Source of the DNA: Octopus vulgaris
Taxonomy: Eukaryota
Assembly: GCA_951406725.2 (NCBI GenBank)
Contig: OX597828.1
Coordinates: 64,914,001 to 64,978,000 of the forward strand
Length of the DNA stretch: 64,000 nucleotides
Direction: 5' to 3'
In this document: positions 41,465-56,090 of the stretch, one piece after another
How the letters are laid out: each line of letters opens with the position of its first letter
How positions within the stretch are numbered: the stretch's first letter is position 1
The notes under the pieces: generated by a model
What the model was told of the DNA's origin: nothing
The model's input: the letters and a program-made list of their open reading frames with translations, nothing else
The model's database searches: none
Position numbers and translations under genes: made by a program

Positions 41465-42315
41465 AATTTCCAGGCCCTACGCTACCAGCACACCAAGCTA
41501 AACGACATGCAGACAGGATACACTTGTCCAGGTGGAATTGAAATCCCTGTATCAAAATCAGTACGTGACTTGGGTATTGACATGAGCAATGATGCATCTT
41601 TTCAAGTGCATATCACCAATTTGGTGATATAAAATGCAAACGGCTGTCTGGATGGATCCTCCGAACTTTCAAAACAAGAGAAAAGGAGATATTGATGATC
41701 CTTTGGATAACAAACGTTCCCAGCCGCTTAGGCTATTGCTCCCAACTATGATCACCACACAATAAAAAATCTACGGCGAAACTCGAAGCAATCCAACGAA
41801 GCTACACTACGAAAATCGTCTCGATGCAACATGTCAGCTACTGAGAAAGACTTAAAGAATTAAAACTCTTCTCCCTGGAACGAAGGCGGGAGAGATATGC
41901 AGTGATATACATCTGGAAAATTCTAGAAGGCCTTGTACTAAACTTTAGCATTGAAAGTTACTCAAACTGCAGAACGGGGCTCCACTGCATAATGCCAAAC
42001 TTTCCAGCATCGCCATCAAAATACAGTACCAGATACTGCAACACTTTGTGCTTCAAGGGCTCACAGTGTTTTAATATCCTTCCAAAATGCCTGAGTGACC
42101 TTCATGGCGTGAATGTAAGTGCCTTTAAAACAAAACTGGATCCCTTCCTGTTACGGGTTCCAGATGAGCCTACCTTACGGCAGGAAACACAGATGAGGGC
42201 AGAAGCATCAAACTCCCTCATTGACCAAATGCCACATATCAGAGGAGGTTCCAAATAATGGTGTAGCTCTGTCAATGGTGGTGCTCGAGCATGACCACAG
42301 CTTTGCAGCTGAAGC
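41465..42315 (+). mobile_element. Second 5'-truncated CR1-group LINE copy
   Basis: Colinear with about 12960-13795; IYIWKILEGLV and FKTKLDPFL.RVPDEP. Confidence 0.9.
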
Positions 42316-44651
42316 ATTTTAAAATAGTAAAATAGTATATACACCACAACGTAGATTCAAATATTCAAAACATTCATCAATATATGGATTTTACTTGGAG
42401 TCGTTTGAATTTACGATCCTAGTTCTATTATAATATGTATTAGTGTTTAACACTGAGTGGTCTCTGCATTATGGAAGAGTACTTCAGGCAAATGTACTGT
42501 AACATGTCCACACACCAGTGCTTACATTATTTATATACTTTCCATATTGTTGCGCATCAAAATTGTGCAGCAAGCATCTCCATAGAAAATTAATAAAGTT
42601 GTTAGCATTATTGTTAGTCTTCTAGCATTATTGTTCCGTACTAAGGGCTGACATAAAGCTATCAAGAACAACAATGTACTTGGTATTTGTATATCATTTA
42701 TGGACGTTAGTATCTCACAAATTTGTATATCAGTAACTGAAGGTGTACTTTGAATAGAGCTAAATTACATTTTCACCTGGAGAGATGTCTCTTCTCATAA
42801 ATTGCTAATTACTTTTGAATCTCCTGGAATATATACATATACATTGGCGTTGTCATGTTACATTTATAGCATCTTTAGTCATCTACAGACACACACTCAT
42901 GTGTGCGTATATGTAGCTGTGCGCTAAGAAAATTCGTTATTAAAACTACGTCAATTAATCTAAAGAAAAGTTAAGAAAAATCCTAATTTTAAAATCTATC
43001 ATACTTTTATCATTTAATAAGCTCTACTTTTCTTTACAGTGATCGCAGAATTTATATTTTAAGCAATGATTGTTATACGCCACTGAAAACTGGAAAATTA
43101 ACAAGTGCATGAATTTTTATACTCCTAGAATCCACTGATGTTCTGGAGGGATATGTCATTTTCCAAATTGATGAGAAAAATATTTGTGTTGAAATGAAAA
43201 ATCAAAACCAATAAGAAACAATTTAAATCAACTCTCTGTTCATAATCAATCCAGTCTTCCTCTACCGTGTTATCGCGGGAAATGATTTGCTAAGTAATAT
43301 AAAATTTAATAATATCTATAGCTATTACAGAAGGATTTTAATCAAATGAGCTCCAGGTGTTACATGATATTAACGTAAAGGAACTAATTAATGTAAAGGA
43401 TTAAATTAGGAATAGGTTTCTTGTGTGAATGAAGTAGATCATATAATGCTTAATATTGTTCCTTTCGAAATAGCTGACTTAATTTGGACTCTCAGACTCT
43501 GCATTCTCAGAATGTTTGGCGCCGGTGCACAAGCATGGCTATAGTTCAGTAGCTGGAACTATTTTTAAAAATATTAGACATTAGAGCAATGCTAAAGATA
43601 CTCAATATATATTCAATAATCGTATATCTTATATATATAAATGTTTCTTTGATTAGAATGTGGCCATGGCTGTGCACCGCTTTGAATGATTTTTAGTTGA
43701 ACGAATGGCTCCCTGTGCTTGTTTTTCTTCTTAAAGCTAATACTTATTTTATCCTTTCGTTTGTGCAACCGCTAAGTTACGGAGACGTAAACACACCACT
43801 ACAAACGAATACACACAAACACACGCGCACACATATATATATATGTTAAATATTAAATATCATATATTATATATGTCTGTGTGTGTGTATTTTCTATCTT
43901 AAATGAGGAAACGGTACCGAATGAAAATTCTGTAAATAAAAATTATAAGCACATAGTTTGTAAGCATTCACCGTGTATTTGCTAAAGAAATTAGTCACAT
44001 ATTGAAACATATAAGCCCTTGACGGAAAATAATTAGTATGTGTAGGAATACACACCCCTTATATTCGCGATAAATGTGCTGACCGGATATGTTTCTTTCC
44101 ATTTCTATTCTCCGAGCCCACTCACAGTGCTATAATCGACTCAAGGCTATCATGCAGTGAAATTGAACGTGGAACCATATTCTTGGCAAGCAATGTCTCA
44201 CCACACAGGCCCGCTTGATCCTACACAATGCAAAATTCGCGACACTAAAGTAATTCAATTCTATTGTACTCTAATAATACAAATTGCTTGATATATCAAT
44301 TTTATAATCTATAAAATGTTTCAGTAATAGTAACAACAACAGTGTTTTAACACGAACAAAACGCAAGCTAATACAGACGAAACGGAAATCAACAACTAAA
44401 AGTTATTTTACACATTTTATTAACGACTCAGTCTGTCTTAGACGTCCATATAGATTTTCCAGTTATAGGTTTCTTCTCAAGCTACATCAAGTTTGTGCAT
44501 TGTTTAGAAATTGATACGAATCAGCAGACTGAACGTTTTTACATGAGCAGTATTTTCTCGAATTGTCGGACATACTAACTCTCGTTTCACCATTTCCTTC
44601 TCAATATCTCTTTACATCTATTTCACACATTTCCAAAACATTTCTCTCGTG

Positions 44652-44814
<163 letters not shown>

Positions 44815-45238
44815 TGAAAATGTTCGTTTTCTATGTTTTTGTTTTTAAGTTTTCGTTTCTCATTATGTTGAACGTTTTTTTTATGTCCTGTACCCTCATG
44901 TGCAGGTATATATACATATATATGTAGGTATGTACATATGTATGTTTATATGCATATCTTTATATATTATTTATATTATATTCATATATATATAATTATA
45001 TTCGTTTTTATACACCATTTTCTGTTATCTATTTTTCGATTTTATCGTTATTTTACATCTTGCATTCCTTCCTGCAATCACTTTAATTCTCAAGTTAACA
45101 ATCCTGCTGTGACTCAAATACAGTTTGATGTATGTTGCCTTCTCCTTTTGCCTGAATACTATTTGTGATTGTTAACTTTATATATATATATATATATATC
45201 ATGTTTCATTTTGTTACATAGAAGTTAACACCCTCAAT

Positions 45239-45488
45239 GGATTAAAATAAATGCACCCTTTTAAAGCCAAGCCAAGTTCATGGGCCCGGTTTCCCGGTTT
45301 CTAAGGCGTATGTGTTCCCCAGTTAGACGGGACGCCAGTCCATAGCAGCGTTACTCAGCTGAGTGAACTGGAGCAACGTGAAATGAAGTGTTTTGCTCAA
45401 GAACACATCGCGTCGCCCGGTCCTGAAATCGAAACCACAATCTTACGATCATGATGCTGACACCCTAACCACTAAGCCACACGCCCCA
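45239..45488 (-). mobile_element. Type A SINE monomer
   Basis: Reverse-complement homolog of 60643-60892. Confidence 0.85.
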
Positions 45489-46842
45489 ACACTATCACTG
45501 GATTACGTGTACAGTTATTAATGCAACTTGCTTAGGCTTTGGGGGTTTAGTATGGCTTATGTGTTCCTTATTCATTATAGTTTCGTTCTATGTGGAGATC
45601 TTTCGAAGTACAAGAACGCACGTTTGTGTATGTGTGTGTGCCTTTTGCATGCGTGATCGTGTACATTTTTTACCAGCGTGTGCGTATGCATGTGTGAACT
45701 TATTTATGTGTACGTACGCATGCACGTGTATATGGATGAATGCACTGAATAATATATTTGTAGCCCTATATTTTTACAATAATAATTTCTTTGGGTGAGT
45801 GTGGGTTTATTTTGATAATATCAATTTTACACCTTATAATCAATTTAAAGAATTTCGTTAAATATTTATATGCCGCATTCAATATGCGAGCATGCATTCG
45901 TATTTTATTCAATATTATTCAATTTTTGCAATTTAATTTATCTCGAATTTTTCAATTTATATCTTATACTACATATTTTCCACGGAATTTCGCCAAAATT
46001 TGCGTGTTTCTATCTATATATGGACACGCAATTATATTTCATTCAATCGTATTCCATCTTTGTAATTAAATTTATCGTAACCCTATTTCATATTATCAAC
46101 TTTTCAATTTAATTTTAATTGATATCTTTAACGTGGCGTCACCTTACCGCTCTTACCCAACGGAAGGGTCATTAGATTTAGATATGAGTTGAGCCATAAA
46201 TTATGCCAAAACCAACTAAAGAAACAATGCATTTGTAATTTGATTCAGGGCACTTTTAATAAAGGCATATGATTGGTTGTTCGAAAAAACATGTTTAACA
46301 TCATTAAGTATATCACAGAATATGAAATAATGTACTGTAAAATGAAACGGCATAAGCCGAACCGATATTATTCCATATACCATGTTGTTGTATAATGTGT
46401 ACGAACACGCTATCTTAAAGACATCATGTTTTAAATAGGTTTGATATCATTGTATCATATATTCCTATAGTGTATGTACGTAAGTATACATATACCATGC
46501 ATGTGGGAGTAATGCTGGCAAGTCATACAACATGAATTAAGCTCCAAAAAGTAAAGGAAAGTTACAAGATGAAATGCAATTCTGGTAAAAAGAACTTGCA
46601 TTTATGAAGCAAGGAGGCATATTAATGCGATGCTTTTTTAATACAGTTAGTGTTCGTCACAAAATATAATATCGTCCTTTGAGTCCATTTCATTCACATT
46701 ATTGTCATGCTTTTGATGCAAACTGAACAAAAGAAGTATATTCTTTGTTTATATATAATACACAGTTATATAATTTTATATTGTTGCATATAAAATAAAA
46801 GCGCTATGCAGCACGATAATATATAGGTATATAATAGCAATG

Positions 46843-47152
46843 CGTGGGGGCGCAATGACCCAGTGGATAGGGCAGCGGACTCGTGGTCGTAGGATCGCGG
46901 TTTCGATTACGACACCGGGCGTTGTGAGTGTTTTTTGAGCGAAAACACCAAAAGCTCCACGACGCTCCGGCAGGGCGTGGTGGTGATCTCTGCTGTACTC
47001 TTTCACCACAGTTTTCTCTCACTCTTTCTTTTGTTGGCCTGCTCGCTTAGCCGGCGGGGTGGCGTCATTTGAAGGCCAAAACAATGCGAGGCGCATTGTG
47101 ACCAGCGATGTGTAGCAACATCTGATGGCCTGGTCGGTCACGTGATCACGCG
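46843..47152 (+). mobile_element. Type B SINE with 12-bp TSD
   Basis: ATAATAGCAATG at 46831-46842 and 47153-47164; A and B boxes present. Confidence 0.92.
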
Positions 47153-47204
47153 ATAATAGCAATGTAATCTTAGTATTATCTATGCTAAAGCAATGAGCTT
47201 ACAT

Positions 47205-47658
47205 ACACAATTGTGCTCCACAGAATTTGTGTCCTCATAACTTCCAGATAAATGGATAATGTTTAATGAAATTTTCTACAAATATGCTTTAGATGATGTA
47301 GATTCTGGTCACGTCTGGGTGGAAAGAGGACTTTCAGAAACTTCATACAATTCAGGTTTGTTTCCTCATAACTTCCGGTAAAATAGGAATTTTTTAAATG
47401 TAGATTTCGACAAATACCTTTGCGCATGCCAAGATTACGATTATATTGGAATTTAACATGCGAATAACAAAATTGATGGATGGCAAAAATACATACAGGT
47501 ACACACCACACTTCATTTTTTCTTTTTTTTTGTTCGAAAAATTATTTCAAAACAATGAGAATCAACACCATGTGAAGTATATTTATAGAAAATTTCATTA
47601 AAATCTATCTATTTTTCTGAAAGTTATGAAGCAAGAAATTCGTTGGTGCACATATGTA
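47205..47658. mobile_element. MITE with about 100-bp imperfect TIRs, TA-flanked (Tc1/mariner-type)
   Basis: CATAACTTCCAGATAAATGGATAATGTTTAATGAAATTTTCTA versus TAGAAAATTTCATTAAAATCTATCTATTTTTCTGAAAGTTATG. Confidence 0.7.
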
Positions 47659-48668
47659 CAACTATGCTGCAGCCGACTCTGGCCGGTTACTTTATATCAT
47701 TGTGCATACGTTACCCGAAGTCGACAGTAAACATGTACTATTGTAAATTATATATTTCTGTATGTGTATATAGTAATCCTTTATTATTTACCAAGTATAT
47801 ATATATAGATAGGTAGATATATATATATCTACCTACGAGCAAAACGTCCCCCCTCTCCAATGGATGGTGCTGATGTACATGGGCGTAAAATGCACGTTCC
47901 CACGGCTTTATCGATCGCATTCTCACCTGGAATCGATTTTTGTAATTTTTTCAAGACTTATATATGCCCTGATACCATCGATATCTACATATCAAATTTG
48001 AGCGCAATCGGATGGAGAATGCCCGACATCCTAGAAGACACGCACATACACACATAGAACGGATTTTATATAATATATATATATATTCGCGTATATACAA
48101 ATACATGCACATATACAGTAAGTCGTACATGCAAAATCGCACATACATTTACGCTTACATTTACACCCAGTCACACACATATATGTATGTGTTTATATAC
48201 GTATATATGCACACATAAACACGAATTTAACTGAAAATATGTTCTCATACATGTAACTATACATCGTTCAGCTTGTCCATAGGAGTCTCGAACAATTACC
48301 CCTGAGGACAACAAATGATGATTTAAAACTTCTTAATATATTGGAGAAGTAATTAACCAAGGAAGTATATGTTCCTAAGGGTTAGTTGTCGTCGGTGGCA
48401 ATTGTCCTATGGGGGCGGTAATTGTCCTAGCGGGATAATTGTCCTGATACGGTCCATAGAGATACGTAGATATAGCTACATATTAACAAAATGAGGTTAG
48501 ATATAACTGATGTTGAACAATATTCGTAATTTAAAATATTCATGCATACGCACCAACATATCTTTTAATCGTTGTGCGTGTTTCAGGGACATGAGGAATA
48601 AAGGAAATACGCTACGTCACTTTTATGTAATGTTAACCTATTCGAAGTAATGTAGTGTTGTACCAATA

Positions 48669-49896
48669 TGGATAGTATAAAGTATATAATTATAAATGTC
48701 GTATAAGCGAGCAACCGAGAATTAGCAATGTTCGTATGTATATAGGATTCGTAGAGATACGGATGCACATGTGATTAAAAGTTTACTCACAGGTTCGCAG
48801 TTTTGGTATAGAGGTATTTACAGTCCACATGTTTACATTTTCACGCACGTTTTGCAGTGGCGGCGTATGTGAGGGAGGCTAGATTTTATCTATATTTACT
48901 CTATATAAGAAACCTTTTTCGGTTTCTTGGGATGCTTTATATTAAAACATACTTTTCTTTTTATTGTTTTTACGGATTCTTAATTCCCGCTTAGCATGGT
49001 TTCAGAATTGACTTCCTTTAAATACCAGTTCGCTGTCTCATGTATCCATAACTGTTTGTAATTCGCTTACAACCAAGTGGGAAAATTCGATATACAGTAG
49101 ATTTTCCAATTATAACACGATCTTTATATGCAACACCTAAAGCTATAATGCAAATAGATCCCTTATTCGTAGTTATATTCATAGTTATAGTTGCAATTGT
49201 TTCAGGTTTACGTGTAACCAATATTTTATTCTTACCAATGTTTTTGTATTTGTCTTAGTCCGTGAGATTAATTTCTTATTGTTAGTATTATTATAAGCTT
49301 ACTTTGGTCAATTACTATATTTCTTGCTTGATCAATTACTGTATTTATCCTATTATGATTAACAATCCTTATGAAAGCCACATTTTTAATGCTAGACATT
49401 ATCAGATGTGTATATAGCACGATAATGTATAGAGGGACCATATGAGTCCTCCTTTAAACATTATTGTGTAATATGCACATCATGGTCTCGTGCAGGTGTC
49501 TATTTAATCATTTGTTTTTGTGGTGATTATAATTTTCTTTAGTTGATCCTAATTTTCTTGCACTAAATGGATTAACCGGATTTCCGCTTTTATTGACATT
49601 TTTGCTTCACTTTTAATAACTATCGTTTACTTTCAATATGCCTTCTGGAACTACTTTTGAAAGAGATATTCAGTAATTCTTCATAAACGAAAGCTGTTTA
49701 CATTCCGAAGAAAATTTACTTACAAAAAAATAACCTATTTAATTAATTCAATTCATCGCTATTGTTATTCTCTCTCTCCCTCTCTCTCACAGTCTCTCAC
49801 TTATATCTCCCTCCCTCTCGTCCTCTCTCTGTGAATATATATATGGGTGTGTGTGTATTTATGTATCCATATACATACATACATACATACACACAT

Positions 49897-49961
<65 letters not shown>

Positions 49962-51295
49962 GCCAGTCGAAATCTGGAACTCTTTTCAAGTTCAGACGAA
50001 TGAGGCTTGTTGTCTCTTTGGTTAAAGATATCTAAATATCGTACTTGCGATGTTTGTTATGTACTCGTCCGTGTGTGGATAGTATAAAGTATATAATTAT
50101 AAATGTCGTATAAGCGAGCAACCGAGAATTAGCAATGTTCGTATGTATATAGGATTCGTAGAGATACGGATGCACATGTGATTAAAAGTTTACTCACAGG
50201 TTCGCAGTTTTGGTATAGAGGTATTGCAGTCCACATGTTTACATTTTCACGCACGTTTTGCAGTGGCGGCGTATGTGAGGGAGGCTAGATTTTATCTATA
50301 TTTACTCTATATAAGAAACCTTTTTCGGTTTCTTGGGATGCTTTATATTAAAACATACTTTTCTTTTATTGTTTTTACGGATTCTTAATTCCCGCTCCGG
50401 CATGGTTTCAGAATTGACTTCCTTTAAATACCAGTTCGCTGTCTCATATCCATGCTGTTTGTAATTCGCTTACAACCAAGTGGGAAAATTCGATATACAG
50501 TAGATTTTCCAATTATAACACGATCTTTATATGCAACACCTAAAGCTATAATGCAAATAGATCCCTTATTCGTAGTTATATTCATAGTTATAGTTGCAAT
50601 TGTTTCAGGTTTACGTGTAACCAATATTTTATTCTTACCAATGTTTTTGTATTACTGTCTTAGTCCGTGAGATTAATTTCTTATTGTTAGTATTATTATA
50701 AGCTTACTTTGGTCAATTACTATATTTCTTGCTTGATCAATTACTGTATTTATCCTATTATGATTAACAATCCTTATGAAAGCCACATTTTAATGCTAGA
50801 CATTATCAGATGTCTATATGGCACGATAATGTATAGAGGGGACTCATATGAGTCCTCCTTTAAACATTATTGTGTAATATGCACATCTGGTCTCGTGCAG
50901 GTGTCTATTTAATCATTTGTTTTTGTGGTGATTATAATTTTCTTTAGTTGATCCTAATTTTCTTGCACTAAATGGATTAACCGGATTTCCGCTTTTATTG
51001 ACATTTTTGCTTCACTTTTAATAACTATCGTTTACTTTCAATATGCCTTCTGGAACTACTTTTGAAAGAGATATTCAGTAATTCTTCATAAACGAAAGCT
51101 GTTTACATTCCGAAGAAAATTTACTTACAAAAAAATAACCTATTTAATTAATTCAATTCATCGCTATTGTTATTCTCTCTCCCTCTCTCTCACAGTCTCT
51201 CACTTATATCTCCCTCCCTCTCGTCCTCTCTCTGTGAATATATATATGGGTGTGTGTGTATTTATGTATCCATATACATACATACATACACACAT

Positions 51296-51376
<81 letters not shown>

Positions 51377-51397
51377 GCCAGTCGAAATCTGGAACTC
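48669..51397. repeat. About 1.3-kb near-identical direct duplication (48669-49982 and 50076-51397) with 93-bp spacer
   Basis: Direct comparison; differences are largely small indels. Confidence 0.95.
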
Positions 51398-51599
51398 GAC
51401 TGAGGATAGAAAACTCCGATATATATATATATATATATATATATGACGATTGCCACTTGTTTACAGAAGAAGGCCATCTCTTTAATTAATAAATATGGCC
51501 ATGAGATCTTTATGATTAGCAAGTCCTGCTCTTCACAAACAAACTCTACGGCAGATCTTACAAATCTTTTTAAGCAGAAATGTCTGGGATCGTAGTTAA

Positions 51600-52290
51600 A
51601 TCCTGCCTACGAAGTGCTCGTTTCAAGATAGATTGTTCAATTCTTCGAGCTTCAATTGCTTTACATCTATTGTAGATCATTTGTCTCCAAACCGGTCGAT
51701 CTGGCGTCATCTGCTCCTAGTCTTCAACTTTCACATTAAGAGCATTAAGGTTGCTTTTGACAGCATCCCTAAAATATTTCTTAGGTTTGTGTCTCGGACA
51801 TTTTCCACGCTGCAACTCCATGTAAAACAAATGCTTTGGCAACCTATTTCTTTACTACCCACAAGTGGCTAAACACAGAGAGGACAAACAGTGACATACA
51901 AACAGATTAAGTCGATTATATCCACCCCACTACGTAACTGGAATTTGAACTCAGAACGTGGCAATGGGCGAAATACCGTTAAGCATTTCGCCCGGCGTGC
52001 TAACGTTTCTGCCAGCTCGCCGCCTTAAAATGCTTTAGCAACCTGTCATCCTGCATCCTAGCAAGGTGCCCAACCCAACTTAAACAAGTTGACAAATCGA
52101 GGTGGACATCTAAGTTTACCCAGAATGGTCCAGAAAACGGTCCTATTAACAGTCTCAAAGGCTTTTGTTAAATCGACAAATACCTGGAAAAGAGCCTTGC
52201 AATGTTCGATTCATTCCTCCTGGAGTTGGCGAGCAGGAAAAAATCATGTCCACATTGCTACGGCCACACTGACTCTCCGGGTTGACAGAG
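51600..52290 (-). mobile_element. Internally deleted RTE-clade LINE relic interrupted by a SINE
   Basis: PESQCG..VDMIF.ARQLQE...FVDLTKAFETVNR...WTILGKLRCP joined to WVGHLARMQDDRL.KHLFYMELQRGK. Confidence 0.85.
51846..52027 (-). mobile_element. Type N SINE with 17-bp TSD
   Basis: AAATGCTTT(G/A)GCAACCT at 51829-51845 and 52028-52044. Confidence 0.9.
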
Positions 52291-52962
52291 GGGCATAGAA
52301 GTAGTACAGTAGGAGAGTTTGACCCAGGAGTTTTGGCCTACACAGGAGGATAGGTGACACTGTAAGTGACGTGTGTACCATGTAATGCATCATTCACTGC
52401 TTGTTCGCGATCTGAGTGTGGTTCTATATTGGATATTTTTCTTTGCAGCAGCCACTAGAAGGTATAGCATTGTTCTAGTAAGGTGAAGCGACTGAATATT
52501 TGTTTATTTGCAATGAAGTAAGACAATCTATTGGAGATTTGGGATATTAGATATTGGGTGGTGATTGCAGTAAAGTTGAAGTATATATATGAAGGGCGTA
52601 AGTGTGTAGTTGTATGTGCATGTGTGTCAAATACAGAAAATTAGGCTTAATGAAACTATACTGTTATTGCGTGTGTTTGAGTGTACGTACGTATATATGA
52701 ACATATGTCCTGAAATACCACTTGTCAGTGTCGGACCTTTAGTTTTAAGGAAACGATTCGGAAATGTTCGTTTGGAGATTTATCGATCGTTCGTTCTCGA
52801 ATGTTTTAGGTGGAACATAAATGTCAGGTGATTTTATAGAGTCAGCGATATCAAAGCAAGACGAAGAGATATGAAAGGTGCAAATATTGGAAATCATGGT
52901 AACGTATATAAATTCTGTAGACGATTCTAACGCATTGACGATTAGGAATAAGCATACAAATA

Positions 52963-53106
<144 letters not shown>

Positions 53107-53184
53107 TATGCTCTTATTTATGCTCAAAGCTATATATATGTATATATATATGTATATATATGTATATATATATGTATATATATG

Positions 53185-53241
<57 letters not shown>

Positions 53242-53252
53242 GTATATATATG

Positions 53253-53283
<31 letters not shown>

Positions 53284-53429
53284 GTATATATATATATGTA
53301 TATATATATATGTATATATATAACAATAATTGAAAAACGTCTATGAAACAAAAAATAATACAAGAAAACCTCGAAAGTATATATATATGTATATATATAT
53401 GTATATATATATATATGTATATATATATG

Positions 53430-53462
<33 letters not shown>

Positions 53463-53571
53463 CCCATCAATGGAAACTGAAGTTTATTGCTTTTGTATAA
53501 CAATATATAGTCCTATAATATAACTTGTCTATTATAGCACGGTGCGTGGATGCGTCCGAAAGCACGCAATA

Positions 53572-53604
<33 letters not shown>

Positions 53605-53621
53605 CATATGTGTGTATATAT

Positions 53622-53694
<73 letters not shown>

Positions 53695-53788
53695 TACACA
53701 TACATACACATGTACAATGTCTGGGAGGAAGAGAAAAGGAAGGCATGAGAAGCGGTTAATATTTGTACATGTGTGTGTGTATTTTTGC

Positions 53789-53814
<26 letters not shown>

Positions 53815-53838
<24 letters not shown>

Positions 53839-55461
53839 GTGTGTGTACGCACCTGTGTGTGTGTATGTGCATGTGTGTGCGAGCGTGTGTATGCACGTAT
53901 CTGTTATTGCGTGTGTTTGAGTGTATATATTGTATAAATCAGGCGAAAACCGCCTAGCGGGCATTTAAGAGCTCTTATATCATTTGCCTACCACATAATA
54001 TCCAAAAGTAGGGTATATTCCAGTGCTGGATAGACATGCGAATCTCCTCTTTACATAAGATTAATACCCAAATAATATAACACGAGGATGGAGGATAAGA
54101 GCTTTTAATAGAACATGACAAAATATTTTTGTGCGCCGCACACCAGCTTTAAATTGCTGAGTTTATATTCAAATCCCAATATAGGACCCTCTTCATAATT
54201 TTTATACAGTTGAATGCTGTTCAGCAACAACCGTTTGTGGGCGCTTCTTCGGGTGGAATACAATTAATCCCTGTTGAATTCCTCTGAATACTTCGCGTAT
54301 ACGATATATATTTCATTCCTCCAAACAAGTTGACGGGTTCCCTGGTATATATAAGTTATAAACAATATCATAAACGTTAATGTCAATGCCAGAGGTAAGG
54401 CAACCTTAAAGATGTTCATATTGTAATTGATCCTATTTATATATATTTGTGTCCCTTTCAATTGTATATGTTAAAAACATGTTAATGAGGACCCCTAAGC
54501 CACGAGTAGAGACAGGATTCTCATGTAGGCCCTATATATGTATATATATTTGTGTGTATATTTGTGTGTATGAGCGCGCGTGTGTGTGTGTCCGTGTGTG
54601 CACGCACCTGTGTATGTGTGTGTGTCTTTCTACAAGTATATATGTGTGCGTGTGGGTGTCTATGTGAAAGTATATATTGTATAAATCAGGCGAAAACCGC
54701 CTAGCGGGCATTTAAGAGCTCTTATATCATTTGGCTACCACATAATATCCAAAAGTAGGGTATATTCCAGTGCTGGATAGACATGCGAATCTCCTCTTTA
54801 CATAAGATTAATACCCAAATAATATAACACGAGGATGGAGGATAAGAGCTTTTAATAGAACATGACAAAATATTTTTGTGCGCCGCACACCAGCTTTAAA
54901 TTGCTGAGTTTATATTCAAATCCCAATATAGGACCCTCTTCATAATTTTTATACAGTTGAATGCTGTTCAGCAACAACCGTTTGTGGGCGCTTCTTCGGG
55001 TGGAATACAATTAATCCCTGTTGAATTCCTCTGAATACTTCGCGTATACGATATATATTTCATTCCTCCAAACAAGTTGACGGGTTCCCTGGTACTCAAG
55101 CAGAAACATATAAGTTATAAACAATATCATAAACGTTAATGTCAATGCCAGAGGTAAGGCAACCTTAAAGATGTTCATATTGTAATTGATCCTATTTTAT
55201 TTCTGATTTCACACTTCCTCCAACTGTATGGCAAATGAGGTTTCTAATTTCTTAATTATATTTTGTTTTGTTCTATGCTTTTACTTAAATACCACCATCA
55301 TTCAAATGAGATTGATTTTGTTATATATATTTTTCAATTAATTATATGAACACCTCTCTACAATTGGAGGATCCCTTTCAATTGTATGTCCAGTGTTAAA
55401 AACATGTTAATGAGGACCCCTAAGCCACGAGTAGAGACAGGATTCTCATGTAGGCCCTATA
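53815..55461. repeat. Tandem duplication (about 53815-54535 and 54575-55461); first copy carries deletions
   Basis: About 420 bp essentially identical (53925-54347 versus 54673-55095), plus shared downstream blocks. Confidence 0.92.
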
Positions 55462-55769
55462 ATGAATGTCTAGAGTTGGGGTGGGGTGGCGATGCGACTC
55501 TGAGAGTGTGAGGCTGAGGTGATGACCGGTATTGTCGACCATAGTGGCATCGACAACAGCAACGGCAGCAACAACACAACCGACGATACCAAGAGCGGCA
55601 GTGATTGCAATGGCAGCGGCGGTGGTTACGCCAGCTGCCCGTCCAGCAGCTGGGGTAGCCACCGCAACAATACCAATAGTTACAACAGCAGCATCGGCAC
55701 CAGCAGTAGGCCCAACTGTAACAACAACATCAGCAGCGCTAACGACAGCTGTAACACCACTAGCGCAAG

Positions 55770-56090
55770 AGCACTGATACGAAAATCAGTCGAGTCTACA
55801 GCCGGCCCGCTCAAGCAGCGTCTGAGTAACCTCAAGTCCGCTATTAAGATACCAGACAGGCGCAACATCCCGTCCCTGCCCAGCTACGCATGGCTGTTAA
55901 AATACGAGAGTACACCACACATAATTAAATGGAGACTCCTTGAACGACTGGAGTTAAATATCTCAACGAGAGCAAACGATTTAAGCTTTGTTTGGCTGAA
56001 TGAGCAAAGATCCTGAAAAACTCATTTGATCCGGATGCATTTTTAATTTCCGAAAAAGTGGTGTTTACTAAATACCCTCATCCTGTTGCA
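55770..56090 (+). pseudogene. Penelope GIY-YIG endonuclease relic
   Basis: SVESTAGPLKQRLSNLKSAIK...SLPSYAWLLK...IKWRLLER resembles YVGxT..FKxRxxNHKSSF...LSxYIWxLK...IKWxIL. Confidence 0.7.

Noticed and set aside
49983-50075. Spacer as a nanopore adapter remnant (ATGTACTCGTCC)
   Set aside because: Similarity is too short and imperfect to call.
55519-55770. N-terminal Ser/Asn/Gly-rich part of the 165-aa ORF
   Set aside because: Degenerate CAG/CAA trinucleotide region fortuitously in frame with the GIY-YIG relic.
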